Part shown: one piece after another, positions 35,943-45,480 of the stretch
Position numbering within the stretch: the stretch's first letter is position 1
Layout of the letters: the number at the start of each line of letters is the position of its first letter
Assembly: GCA_009700145.1 (NCBI GenBank)
Contig: WLMQ01000001.1
Location: forward strand, 1 to 57,794
Length of the DNA: 57,794 nucleotides
Source of the DNA: Actinomycetota bacterium
Lineage (GTDB): Bacteria; Actinomycetota; Acidimicrobiia; Acidimicrobiales; Ilumatobacteraceae
Reading direction: 5' to 3'
Translations under genes and position numbers: made by a program
Notes under the pieces: generated by a model
Told to the model about the DNA's origin: nothing
Databases searched by the model: none
The model's input: only the letters and a program-made list of their open reading frames with translations

Positions 35943-38900
35943 ATGACCGAGCGCCGTTATCCACCCGTTGAATCTCAGCCTTCATTCCCAGCGATTGAAG
36001 CGATTGTCCTTGAACGTTGGAAGACCGACCATACTTTTGAAGAATCGGTCAATCAACGCGCTGCTGGACCCGACGGTGCCAACGAATTTGTTTTCTACGA
36101 TGGTCCACCTTTTGCTAATGGACTGCCCCATTACGGTCACCTGCTGACCGGATATGTGAAAGACGCGATTCCGCGTTATCGCACCATGAAGGGTCAACGA
36201 GTTGATCGTCGATTCGGATGGGACTGCCATGGTTTGCCCGCAGAAGTTGAAGCTGAAAAACAACTAGGTATTTCTGGTCATCCCGAAGTCACCGAATTCG
36301 GTATTGAAAAATTCAATGACTACTGCCGAACGAGTGTTTTGCGCTACACCAACGATTGGGAACGCTATGTCAACCGTCAGGCTCGATGGGTTGACTTTGA
36401 AAATGATTACAAGACCCTTGATCTTCCTTATATGGAAAGCGTCATGTGGGCGTTCAAGACTTTGCACGACAAAGGGTTGATCTATGAAGGCTTCCGAGTA
36501 TTGGCATATTGCTGGCGTTGTGAAACTCCGCTGAGCAATACCGAAACCCGCATGGATGACGTCTATCGCGATCGTCAAGATCCAGCGTTAACCGTGAAGT
36601 TCTCGCTGGCGACCGGCGAAAAGATTTTGGCATGGACAACAACGCCATGGACATTGCCGTCAAACTTGGCGTTGGCGGTCAACCCAGACATTGACTACGC
36701 AGTTGTTGAATTGAACGGCGAGAAACTCATTTTGGCTGAAGCTCGCTTGGTTTCGTATGAGCGTGAACTTGGTGAAGCCGTACGAGTCGGAACCTTGAAG
36801 GGTTCTGAGTTGGTCGGACGCACTTACACACCGCTCTTTAATTATTTCTCTGACACGCCATCAGCTTTCCAAGTTCTTGGTGCCGACTTCGTCACGACAG
36901 AAGACGGAACGGGCGTCGTGCACATGGCCCCAGGATTTGGTGAAGACGACCAGATCGTTTGTCTTGAAGCAGGTATTGAAACAATTTGCCCGATGGATAG
37001 TCATGGTTGTTATACCGCAGAGGTTTCCGATTGGGCAGGCATCCACGTCTTTGAGGCGAACCCACTCGTCATCAAACACTTGAAGCAAACTGGGGTTGTT
37101 CTTCGCCACGACAGTTACGACCACTCGTACCCGCACTGCTGGCGCTGCGCAGAGCCCTTGGTATATCGCGCGATTTCGTCATGGTTTGTTGAAGTAACTG
37201 CGGTTAAAGATCGCATGCTCGAATTGAACCAACAAATTACTTGGGTTCCCGAACATCTCAAGGAAGGGTCGTTCGGCAAATGGTTAGCGAACGCCCGTGA
37301 CTGGTCAATTAGTCGTAATCGATTTTGGGGTTCGCCTATTCCGGTTTGGAAGAGCGACGACCCCACGTATCCGCGACTTGATGTCTATGGCAGCCTCGCC
37401 GAAATTGAACGTGACTTTGGTGTTGTTGTCACCGATCTGCATCGTCCTGCTGTTGATGATTTAGTTCGCCCGAACCCTGACGACCCGACGGGGCAGTCAA
37501 TGATGCGCCGAGTACCCGAAGTTCTTGACTGCTGGTTCGAGAGTGGTTCAATGCCCTTCGCACAAGTGCACTATCCATTTGAGAACACCACTTGGTTTGA
37601 ACAGCACTATCCAGGTGACTTCATCGTTGAGTACATCGGACAAACTCGCGGCTGGTTCTATACCTTGCATGTTTTGGCGACCGCGTTGTTTGATCGTCCA
37701 GCATTTTCAACCTGTGTGAGTCACGGAATTGTTCTTGGTGATGATGGACAGAAAATGTCCAAGAGCCTGCGCAACTATCCCGATCCGATGGTTGTCTTTG
37801 ACACCTACGGTGCTGACGCGATGCGCTGGTACTTGCTGTCGTCGGCGATTTTGCGCGGGTCTGACTTCTCGGTGACCGAAGCCGGCATTCGCGAGACTGT
37901 TCGGCAAGTGCTTTTGCCAATGTGGAACTCATGGTATTTCTTGAGTTTGTATGCCAACGCCGAAGGCGTTTGCGGAACTTTCCGTACTGACTCGACAAAT
38001 ATCCTCGATCGCTACATCTTGGCTAAGTCGGCACAAATGGTTGAACGTGTTACTCACGATCTAGATGTCTACGATCTTTTCTCAGCATGTTCGGGCGTTC
38101 GTGACTTCTTAGATGTCTTGACGAATTGGTATATCCGTCGTTCGCGCGATCGCTTCTGGGAAGGCGATCAAGACGCGATCGATACGTTGCACACGATTCT
38201 TGAGATTTTGTGTCGCGTTTCTGCTCCCATGTTGCCGCTCTTGTCAGACACCATTTATTCCGGATTGACTGGCGATCGCTCAGTGCATCTCACTGATTGG
38301 CCGACTACCAATAATTTGCCCAACGATGTTGAACTCGTTCGTGCCATGGATCGTGTGCGCGAAGTTTGTTCGGTCGCATTGTCAATTCGCAAAGCCCATA
38401 GTCGTCGCGTCCGTTTGCCGCTATCCGAACTTGTGGTCTCGCACCCTGATTCATCTGAATTGGCTTCATTCATCGACATCATCGCTGACGAAGTCAACGT
38501 GAAAAAAGTAACCTTGGCGACTGAAATTGCTGGCGCGGTCTCAGCTGTTTTGCAAGTGGTTCCTGGTGCTCTTGGTCCACGTCTCGGCGGACGCACCCAA
38601 GATGTCATCAAGGCTGTGAAGTCTGGTAATTGGCGTCAAGATGGTGAACAAGTTTTTGCCGGAGATATTGAACTTTTCGCTGGGGAGTACACCCTCAAGA
38701 TGGTTGCGGCCGAAGGAACAGCAAGTAGTGCTCTCGGTGACGGTCTTGGCATGGTGACGCTCGATATAGAAATCACTCCAGAACTGGCTGCCGAAGGTAC
38801 CGCTCGTGACTTGATTCGATTGGTTCAACAAGCTCGCCGCGAGGCCGACCTTGAAGTGAGCGATCGAATCGAGCTGACTTTGGGAGTTTCCGAATCGGTG

Positions 38901-39047
38901 CGACGTCAAGTTCAACCGTTTATTGATGAACTTGCCCGCGAAACTTTGGCGCAATCTGTGCACTGGGGACAAGGGACGACAAACGCAACTTTGGACGATG
39001 AAGACATATATATCGGGGTTGTTCGCGTCGATATGCCCTCGAGATAG
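35943..39047 (+). CDS. ileS: isoleucyl-tRNA synthetase, type 2 (eukaryote-like, as in actinobacteria)
   Basis: 1034 aa with HIGH (PHYGHLLTG), KMSKS, and the CP1 editing-domain pattern (TTPWTLPSN). It lacks the C-terminal Cys-rich zinc domain of type-1 enzymes. Confidence 0.95.
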   Translation: MTERRYPPVESQPSFPAIEAIVLERWKTDHTFEESVNQRAAGPDGANEFVFYDGPPFANGLPHYGHLLTGYVKDAIPRYRTMKGQRVDRRFGWDCHGLPAEVEAEKQLGISGHPEVTEFGIEKFNDYCRTSVLRYTNDWERYVNRQARWVDFENDYKTLDLPYMESVMWAFKTLHDKGLIYEGFRVLAYCWRCETPLSNTETRMDDVYRDRQDPALTVKFSLATGEKILAWTTTPWTLPSNLALAVNPDIDYAVVELNGEKLILAEARLVSYERELGEAVRVGTLKGSELVGRTYTPLFNYFSDTPSAFQVLGADFVTTEDGTGVVHMAPGFGEDDQIVCLEAGIETICPMDSHGCYTAEVSDWAGIHVFEANPLVIKHLKQTGVVLRHDSYDHSYPHCWRCAEPLVYRAISSWFVEVTAVKDRMLELNQQITWVPEHLKEGSFGKWLANARDWSISRNRFWGSPIPVWKSDDPTYPRLDVYGSLAEIERDFGVVVTDLHRPAVDDLVRPNPDDPTGQSMMRRVPEVLDCWFESGSMPFAQVHYPFENTTWFEQHYPGDFIVEYIGQTRGWFYTLHVLATALFDRPAFSTCVSHGIVLGDDGQKMSKSLRNYPDPMVVFDTYGADAMRWYLLSSAILRGSDFSVTEAGIRETVRQVLLPMWNSWYFLSLYANAEGVCGTFRTDSTNILDRYILAKSAQMVERVTHDLDVYDLFSACSGVRDFLDVLTNWYIRRSRDRFWEGDQDAIDTLHTILEILCRVSAPMLPLLSDTIYSGLTGDRSVHLTDWPTTNNLPNDVELVRAMDRVREVCSVALSIRKAHSRRVRLPLSELVVSHPDSSELASFIDIIADEVNVKKVTLATEIAGAVSAVLQVVPGALGPRLGGRTQDVIKAVKSGNWRQDGEQVFAGDIELFAGEYTLKMVAAEGTASSALGDGLGMVTLDIEITPELAAEGTARDLIRLVQQARREADLEVSDRIELTLGVSESVRRQVQPFIDELARETLAQSVHWGQGTTNATLDDEDIYIGVVRVDMPSR

Positions 39048-39098
39048 GGCAATTTGCGGGTATCCTGCCCAACCACACGAGTGAAAAGGACATATGCA

Positions 39099-40022
39099 AT
39101 GGCTAGCAAAACAGTAAAGAAGCCTGCTCCTGCCAAGAAGTCAACTGCTCAAAAAGCTCCTGCCAAGAAGGCCGTGCCAGCGAAAAAAGCGGTGCCAGCG
39201 AAGAAGAAGGCTGCACCCGTTAAGAAGGCTGCGCCTGCAAAGAAGAAGGCCGCACCGGCCAAGAAGGCTGCTCCTGTCAAGAAAGCTGCACCTGTTAAGA
39301 AGAAGGTCGTGCCCGTTAAGAAGGCTGCTCCTGCCAAGAAAAAGGCTGCGCCTGCCAAGAAGGTAGTACCCGTCAAGAAGGCTGTGCCTGCAAAGAAGAA
39401 GGCCGTACCCGCCAAGAAGACTGCGCCCGTTAAGAAGGCAGCGCCTGCCAAGAAGGTCGTGCCCGTTAAGAAGGCTGCGCCTGTCAAGAAGGCTGCACCT
39501 GTCAAGAAGGTCGTTCCTGCCAAAGTTGCCAAGCCTGTCGCTCCGGCACCAGTGAAGGCTCCACCGGCGCCGAAAAGGGTTGCTAAGCCAGTTTTTGTGA
39601 AGCCGCCGGTACCGGGCAAAAAGGCTGTATCAAAAGACGGAATTATTGCGAATAAAGATTTTGACCTGACGTTTATACGTAGTCAGCGCGCCTCATTACT
39701 TGAGCAACGCGATCGTCTGTTGGGTCGTGCAGTGAGTCTTGAAAACGAATTAGAAAAACTCATCGAAGAAGCCGGCATGGGTGACGATCAATTCGACGAA
39801 GACGGCGGCGAGGGTGACACCATGGCCGTTGAACGCGAACGCGATCGCGTTCTATCTGATCAGGCTCGTCAAACAATTGAAGAAATTGATGCGGCACTTT
39901 CGCGAATTGAAACTGGTGACTACGGCTACAGCACTGTTTCTACCCGTCCAATTCCTCGCGAGCGCCTCGAGGTGATTCCGTGGGCAATTGAACTCGTTGA
40001 AGAACGAGTTGGCTGGAGATAA
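39099..40022 (+). CDS. lysine-rich (P[AV]KK)20 histone-like repeat protein with a C-terminal Cys-less DksA/TraR-like domain
   Basis: AAAGGA at 39085-39090 lies 8 nt before the ATG at 39099; the ORF track starts at 39054. Residues about 5-177 are KKAAPAKK-type repeats. Residues about 185-308 carry DEDGGEGDTMAVERERD...EIDAALSRIETGDYGYSTVSTRPIPRERLEVIPWA, the pattern of the TraR/DksA protein usually found upstream of lspA. Confidence 0.75.
   Translation: MASKTVKKPAPAKKSTAQKAPAKKAVPAKKAVPAKKKAAPVKKAAPAKKKAAPAKKAAPVKKAAPVKKKVVPVKKAAPAKKKAAPAKKVVPVKKAVPAKKKAVPAKKTAPVKKAAPAKKVVPVKKAAPVKKAAPVKKVVPAKVAKPVAPAPVKAPPAPKRVAKPVFVKPPVPGKKAVSKDGIIANKDFDLTFIRSQRASLLEQRDRLLGRAVSLENELEKLIEEAGMGDDQFDEDGGEGDTMAVERERDRVLSDQARQTIEEIDAALSRIETGDYGYSTVSTRPIPRERLEVIPWAIELVEERVGWR
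39114..39629 (+). repeat. degenerate in-frame Lys/Ala/Pro/Val codon repeats (aag aag gct gca cct g..)
   Basis: I counted 20 P[AV]KK units in the translation. The antisense strand gives the mirror-image artefact ORF 39149-39619 (FLAGAAFLTG repeats). Confidence 0.85.
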
Positions 40023-40508
40023 GTGAGTCAAAGCCAGCGCAGGATTCCCAGTCTGTCGTTGTTGATCGCTGCTGTTGTCGTCGGTCTAGATCAGCTCAGC
40101 AAACATTGGGTGGTGTCTCAACTCAATGACGGGCACACCGTTCATGTGTTGTGGACATTGCGTTTGAACTTGTCCTTTAACGGCGGCATGGCTTTTGGTC
40201 GCGGTCAAGGTTTTGGACCGATCATTGGTGTCGTCGCCACAATCGTGGTTGTCGGGTTGCTTCTTTCATTGCGGCAATCGGGAAGCAAAATCTCTGTCGT
40301 CGCCATCGGACTGATTGTGGGTGGTGCCATGGGCAACATCGTGGATCGACTTTTTCGTGGCGATGCGTGGTTGCATGGCAAGGTCGTTGATTTCATCGAC
40401 TTCCAGTGGTTTCCTATTTTCAACGTTGCTGATATCTGCGTCAACGTTGGCGGGGGACTCCTTGTTTTGAGTTATTTGCTATTCCAACCGAAAGTCGACC
40501 ATGTCTGA
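40023..40508 (+). CDS. lspA: lipoprotein signal peptidase (signal peptidase II)
   Basis: 161 aa from a GTG directly after the upstream stop, with four TM segments and FNGGMAFG, GGAMGNIVDR and VVDFIDF...FNVADI. Confidence 0.88.
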   Translation: MSQSQRRIPSLSLLIAAVVVGLDQLSKHWVVSQLNDGHTVHVLWTLRLNLSFNGGMAFGRGQGFGPIIGVVATIVVVGLLLSLRQSGSKISVVAIGLIVGGAMGNIVDRLFRGDAWLHGKVVDFIDFQWFPIFNVADICVNVGGGLLVLSYLLFQPKVDHV

Positions 40509-41430
40509 GATCATCACTGAAGAAATACCAGATTCGTTAGCTGGTGAGCGTCTTGATCGCATTGTGTCGTTGATGGCCGAAATCAGTCGCGCCGATGCAA
40601 CGGCAACGATTGCTCTCGGCGCAGTTGAACTCGACGGAGTTGTTGCTGTGTCCGGAAAAGTTCGTCTCAAGGTTGGACAAATTGTTGCGGTCGACCTCTC
40701 AAAAATTCCTCAGCCAGAATTGCCTGGACCCGATCCAAGTGTTGTTGTTGACGTGGTCTATTCCGATGAACACATCATTGTGATTAACAAGGCCGCCGGA
40801 GTTGTTGTGCACCCTGGCGCTGGCAATAACGACAAAACCTTGGTGAATGGACTGCTTGCGCTGTTCCCCGAAATTGCCGGTGTTGGCGAAGAACATCGTC
40901 CTGGCATCGTCCATCGTCTTGACGTCGGAACAACGGGACTTTTAATCGTGGCCCGAACTCAAGAAGCGTATGAAGAACTCGTCGCGATGATGTCGTTGCG
41001 CGAAGTGAAGCGCCATTACACGGCATTGGTGTGGGGTCATCCGGCTGCACCTATCGGAACGATTGATGCGCCCATCGGGCGCGACCCACGAAATCCGTTG
41101 TGCATGGCAGTTGTCGCGAGTGGAAAGCCGGCCCGCACGAATTACGAAGTTCTGGAAACACTGTCCGAACCTGATGTTTCGCTGGTCGCCTGTGAACTAG
41201 AGACTGGCCGCACCCATCAGATTCGCGTTCACCTTCAAGCCACAGGTCACTCAGTCGTTGGCGACCCGCAATATGGCGGAGCACGAATGCCCCTGGTGAT
41301 CGGCCGGCCGTTTTTGCACGCTGGTCGATTGGTATTTGACCACCCCTTAACTGGCGAGCCCCTCGAGTTCACCTCGGTTTTGCCCACCGACCTCGAAGAA
41401 GTATTGAAGCGCTGTCGCGACGACCAATGA
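40501..41430 (+). CDS. rluD: RluA-family 23S rRNA pseudouridine synthase (RluD-like)
   Basis: 309 aa with an S4-like N-terminus, HRLDVGTTGLLIVA, Y.ALVWG and TGRTHQIRVHL. Confidence 0.85.
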   Translation: MSEIITEEIPDSLAGERLDRIVSLMAEISRADATATIALGAVELDGVVAVSGKVRLKVGQIVAVDLSKIPQPELPGPDPSVVVDVVYSDEHIIVINKAAGVVVHPGAGNNDKTLVNGLLALFPEIAGVGEEHRPGIVHRLDVGTTGLLIVARTQEAYEELVAMMSLREVKRHYTALVWGHPAAPIGTIDAPIGRDPRNPLCMAVVASGKPARTNYEVLETLSEPDVSLVACELETGRTHQIRVHLQATGHSVVGDPQYGGARMPLVIGRPFLHAGRLVFDHPLTGEPLEFTSVLPTDLEEVLKRCRDDQ

Positions 41431-41454
41431 ACTGCTAGAGTGGATTTGACCGTG

Positions 41455-41476
41455 AAGTGAGTCCCGTGAGGCTCAT
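41455..41476 (+). promoter_or_regulatory. PyrR-binding-loop-like RNA hairpin in the pyrR leader
   Basis: AGUCCCGUGAGGCU at 41460-41473 matches the PyrR binding-loop consensus AGUCCAGAGAGGCU at 12 of 14 positions. It is flanked by pairing UGAG/CUCA (41458-41461 with 41472-41475). The RBS GGAGGA at 41479-41484 lies 3 nt downstream. Confidence 0.5.
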
Positions 41477-41488
41477 ACGGAGGAAAAC

Positions 41489-42085
41489 ATGAATGATTCG
41501 TCGGGCAACGGCCCTCACACAAATCTGAATACTGCGCCGAACCAGGTTCTGGTGCCCAATCAGGTCTTAGTACTTGGCCAAGCCGATGTTAATCGAGCCA
41601 TTACTCGAATTGCCCATGAAATCATTGAGCGCAATCGTGGTCTTGATGGTGTGGTCATCGTCGGTTTGCAACGTGGTGGTGTGTGGCTCGCTGAACGACT
41701 CGTTTCTACGATCAACCAGATTGAAGGCGAAACCAGTCCGTCGATTCCTCTCGGAAAACTAGACGTCTCGCTGTTTCGCGACGACATCAGTTTGCGTCCA
41801 GTAACGCCGGTGACGGTGACTGACATTCCTGCCGATCTCGCAGGATCAAAAGTTGTTCTTGTTGACGATGTGTTGTTCACAGGGCGAACAGTTCGTGCGG
41901 CGCTTGATGCTCTCAATCAATATGGTCGGCCGTCTTCGGTACAACTCGCAGTCATGATTGATCGAGGTCACCGCGAGTTGCCCATTCGCCCCGACTATGT
42001 GGGCAAGAACCTTCCGACCGGCCGTGATGAAGACGTGCTGGTTTCGCCCGAAGGCGTGACCTTGTTAAAGAAGGTGAACTCGTGA
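41489..42085 (+). CDS. pyrR: bifunctional pyr operon regulator / uracil phosphoribosyltransferase PyrR
   Basis: 198 aa with RAITRIAHEIIERN, GLQRGGV, and the PRPP loop VVLVDDVLFTGRTVRAALDAL. Confidence 0.9.
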   Translation: MNDSSGNGPHTNLNTAPNQVLVPNQVLVLGQADVNRAITRIAHEIIERNRGLDGVVIVGLQRGGVWLAERLVSTINQIEGETSPSIPLGKLDVSLFRDDISLRPVTPVTVTDIPADLAGSKVVLVDDVLFTGRTVRAALDALNQYGRPSSVQLAVMIDRGHRELPIRPDYVGKNLPTGRDEDVLVSPEGVTLLKKVNS

Positions 42086-43032
42086 AGCACTTGCGCAGTA
42101 TCTCCGAGCTTGGCGTTGATGGAATTGTGCGAATTCTGGGTTTGGCAACTCACATGGCTGAAGTCAATCGACGTCCAGTGCCCAAGGTTCCTGCACTGAA
42201 TGGTCGCACAGTCGTCAGTTTGTTCTTTGAAGACTCAACGCGCACCCGCATCAGTTTTGAAACGGCAGCCAAACGTCTGTCGGCTGACACCATGACTTTT
42301 AGTGTGTCAACGTCAAGTGTGAATAAGGGCGAAAGCCTGAAAGACACCATCGAAACTGTGAGCGCAATGGGCGTTGCGGCTTTTGTTGTGCGGCACAAAA
42401 CGAGTGGCATTCCATGGCAACTAAGTGAATGGACCGATGCTTCAATTATCAACGCCGGCGACGGATGGCATCAACACCCAACTCAAGCCTTGCTCGACAG
42501 TTTCACGATCATGTCAACGTTGGGGCGGGCGCCAAGTAGTGACTGTTTGCAAGGGTTGACCATCGGAATTGTTGGCGATATTCGCCACAGCCGAGTTGCT
42601 CGTAGCGATATCCAAGCGTTTACAGCGCTCGGTGCCAAAGTTGTTTTGGTTGCGCCACGAACATTGTTGCCACCAGAAGTTGAAGGTTGGCCAGTATCAA
42701 TTTCGTCGTCGCTTGATGATGTCATCGGCGAACTAGATGTGCTCTATATGTTGCGCATGCAGCGCGAACGAATGAACGAGGCTTTGGTGCCGCACCTAGG
42801 GGAGTATTCGGCACGTTATGGCCTTGATCAGCGTCGCGCAAAAATGTTGCCAGAGCACGCACTACTCATGCACCCCGGTCCGATGAATCGCGGTGTGGAG
42901 ATGTTGATTGACTCAGCGTCAATGCCAAACAACATGATTACGCAGCAGGTCGCCAATGGGGTGTCGGTACGAATGGCAGTTCTTTTCGATGTCTTAGGTG
43001 GAGCCGAAACCGGAGAAGGAGTCGTGTCATGA
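42082..43032 (+). CDS. pyrB: aspartate carbamoyltransferase catalytic subunit
   Basis: 316 aa with FFEDSTRTRISFE, HPTQALLD and HPGPMNRG. Its GTG start overlaps the pyrR stop. Confidence 0.92.
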   Translation: MKHLRSISELGVDGIVRILGLATHMAEVNRRPVPKVPALNGRTVVSLFFEDSTRTRISFETAAKRLSADTMTFSVSTSSVNKGESLKDTIETVSAMGVAAFVVRHKTSGIPWQLSEWTDASIINAGDGWHQHPTQALLDSFTIMSTLGRAPSSDCLQGLTIGIVGDIRHSRVARSDIQAFTALGAKVVLVAPRTLLPPEVEGWPVSISSSLDDVIGELDVLYMLRMQRERMNEALVPHLGEYSARYGLDQRRAKMLPEHALLMHPGPMNRGVEMLIDSASMPNNMITQQVANGVSVRMAVLFDVLGGAETGEGVVS

Positions 43033-44336
43033 AAGAAGTACAAGTCATCAATATTCGCGGTGGTCGTATTCTTGATGAAACCACCGACGCCCAAGGTCGG
43101 CTTGCTGATATTCATATTGCTGGCGGCGTCATTACCGAAGTTGTCGACGCCGGATCAAAGTTGCCCAAGGCCGATATTGATCTTGATGCAACGAATTGTT
43201 TTGTTTCTCCCGGATTCGTTGATCTCCATGTGCATTTGCGTGAGCCAGGTCGTGAAGAATCCGAAACTATTGAAACAGGCAGTCGGGCTGCGGCCCTAGG
43301 TGGCTTTACTGCTGTAGTTGCGATGCCGAATACCGAACCGGCGCAAGATTCACGCATTGTTGTTGAGTTCGTTCGTGCGCAAGGCGAACGAGCCGGACTG
43401 TGCGAAGTCATTCCTTCGGCATGCATCACGGTTGGTCGGGCTGGGCAAGCTTTGGCGCCCTACGGCGAACTTCGCGATGCTGGCGTCACGTTGTTTACAG
43501 ATGACGGCAATGGCGTGCAAGATCCACTCTTAATGCGACGGGCACTTGAATATGCACGCGACCTCGACATCACGCTCGCACAACATTGTGAAGTCAGCAG
43601 TTTGACTGTCGGTGCAGTCATGCACGAAGGATCGTGTTGCAGTCATCTCGGTTTGCCAGGTTGGCCGGCAATCGCCGAAGAGTTGATGGTGCATCGCGAT
43701 ATTGAACTCGTGCGCCTCACGGGTTCGCGTATTCACTTCTTGCACTTGTCAACCGAACGGAGTGTCGAGATGGTACGACGCGCTAAGGCCGAAGGTTTGC
43801 CGATCACCGCTGAAGCCACGCCACATCACTTCACATTGACTGATGAAGCGCTGCGAAGTTTTGATCCGGTTTTTAAAGTGAATCCTCCATTGCGTACATC
43901 GGCAGATATTGCTGCTCTGAAGGAAGGTTTGCGTGACGGCACAATCGATGCAATCGCCACTGACCACGCTCCTCACGCGAGTCACCTCAAAGAACAACCG
44001 CTTGATCAAGCTCCGCCTGGGATGCTCGGATTAGAAACCGCTTTGGCTTTGTCGCTGACTGAACTGAACATGGATGCTCAGGCAGTCGTGGCGGCCCTCA
44101 GTTGGAAACCAGCTCGAATCGCTGGAGTTGGCGATCGCCATGGTCGTCCAGTCGCAGTTGGCGAATCCGCCAACTTGGCCATCTTTGATCCGACCTGTGA
44201 ATGGGTGGTCGATCGAGAAGTTGTGGCCAGCAAGAGCAAAAACACGCCGTATCACGGTCGAACTGTGTGCGGCAAGGTTCGCCACACGGTCTTTGCGGGG
44301 CAAGTTGTGGTCCGTGACGGGGTCGCTCAGCGATGA
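43029..44336 (+). CDS. pyrC: dihydroorotase
   Basis: 435 aa with GFVDLHVHLREPG, AMPNT, HLST and IATDHAPH. Confidence 0.9.
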   Translation: MKEVQVINIRGGRILDETTDAQGRLADIHIAGGVITEVVDAGSKLPKADIDLDATNCFVSPGFVDLHVHLREPGREESETIETGSRAAALGGFTAVVAMPNTEPAQDSRIVVEFVRAQGERAGLCEVIPSACITVGRAGQALAPYGELRDAGVTLFTDDGNGVQDPLLMRRALEYARDLDITLAQHCEVSSLTVGAVMHEGSCCSHLGLPGWPAIAEELMVHRDIELVRLTGSRIHFLHLSTERSVEMVRRAKAEGLPITAEATPHHFTLTDEALRSFDPVFKVNPPLRTSADIAALKEGLRDGTIDAIATDHAPHASHLKEQPLDQAPPGMLGLETALALSLTELNMDAQAVVAALSWKPARIAGVGDRHGRPVAVGESANLAIFDPTCEWVVDREVVASKSKNTPYHGRTVCGKVRHTVFAGQVVVRDGVAQR

Positions 44337-44390
44337 AGTGGCAGTTTATTAATAATACACTAGAGTGCATAAATATGCAGAATAGGGACG

Positions 44391-45479
44391 ATGATGGCAA
44401 TTCGTGAAGCAGCGCTTGTGCTCGCTGATGGAAGCGTGTTTGAGGGAGAAGCCATTGGCGCTGAGGCGCCAAGTGGCATCTCGACCGGAGAAGTCGTTTT
44501 CAATACGGTTCTGAGTGGTTACCAAGAAGTTGTGACCGATCCCAGTTATGCGGGTCAGATCATCACGTTCACCTATCCACATATTGGTAATTACGGAACG
44601 ACTGTGGCTGATGATGAATCGCGTCGACCATTTTGTCGGGGAGTCATTGTGCGTGATTTGGCACGCCGTCATAGCAACTTTCGCGCCGAACAAAGCCTCA
44701 ATGAATTACTGAAGAAGAGCGGCATTGCCGGGATCGCCGGAATTGATACTCGTCGACTGACGCGAATCTTGCGCGATACAGGAGCAATGCCTGGCGCGTT
44801 TGGTACTGCTTCACAAAGTGAGTTGCTTGCTGCCGCTCGTGCTGAAAAAGGCACCGACGGAATTGACCTTGTCGCAACGGTGACAACCGCCAAGCCGTAC
44901 TCATTCGGAAATGGTCCGCTCAAAGTTGTTGCTTATGACTTCGGAATCAAAACGACAATTTTGCGTTGCTTGTCAGAAATCGCCACGATCGAAGTTGTTC
45001 CTGCGTCAACGACGGCCGCAGAAGTAATGGCCCGTCAGCCCCATGGTGTGTTCTTATCAAATGGTCCAGGAGATCCGGCCGCAGTGCCGTATGCGGTTGA
45101 CGCAATTCGTGATCTTGTTGGACAAGTTCCGCTCTTTGGCATTTGTCTTGGTCATCAATTGTTGAGCCGTGCTCTTGGAGGCGCGACATACAAATTGCCA
45201 TTCGGACATCACGGTGGAAATCATCCAGTTCAACATCTCGCATCGGGCCATGTTGAAATCACCAGTCAAAATCACAACTTCTGCGTTGACGCCGAAAGTT
45301 TGGGTGGGCGAGTAGCGGTCACTCACCTCAACCTCAACGATCAGACCAATGAAGGTATGCGTGTTCTCAATGCGCCGGCATTCAGTGTGCAGTATCACCC
45401 AGAGGCTGGTCCGGGTCCACACGACAGTCGTTATCTCTTTGAACAATTTGCACAACTGATGCAGAACGGAACTTTCTGA
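44391..45479 (+). CDS. carA: carbamoyl-phosphate synthase small (glutaminase) subunit
   Basis: 362 aa with [30 protein letters not shown] and QYHPEA. Confidence 0.92.
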   Translation: MMAIREAALVLADGSVFEGEAIGAEAPSGISTGEVVFNTVLSGYQEVVTDPSYAGQIITFTYPHIGNYGTTVADDESRRPFCRGVIVRDLARRHSNFRAEQSLNELLKKSGIAGIAGIDTRRLTRILRDTGAMPGAFGTASQSELLAAARAEKGTDGIDLVATVTTAKPYSFGNGPLKVVAYDFGIKTTILRCLSEIATIEVVPASTTAAEVMARQPHGVFLSNGPGDPAAVPYAVDAIRDLVGQVPLFGICLGHQLLSRALGGATYKLPFGHHGGNHPVQHLASGHVEITSQNHNFCVDAESLGGRVAVTHLNLNDQTNEGMRVLNAPAFSVQYHPEAGPGPHDSRYLFEQFAQLMQNGTF

Positions 45480-45480
45480 A

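Noticed and set aside
39149-39619. A 156-aa minus-strand ORF made of FLAGAAFLTG repeats.
   Set aside because: It is the mirror image of the (P[AV]KK)n codon repeat on the plus strand. The plus-strand reading is continuous with a recognisable DksA-like domain and has an RBS.
41540-41575. An apparent 18-nt duplication in the pyrR 5' region encoding NQVLVP-NQVLVL.
   Set aside because: The two copies are imperfect at the DNA level (aaccaggttctggtgccc versus aatcaggtcttagtactt) and lie in a non-conserved N-terminal extension. It is probably an old in-frame duplication with no evident function.
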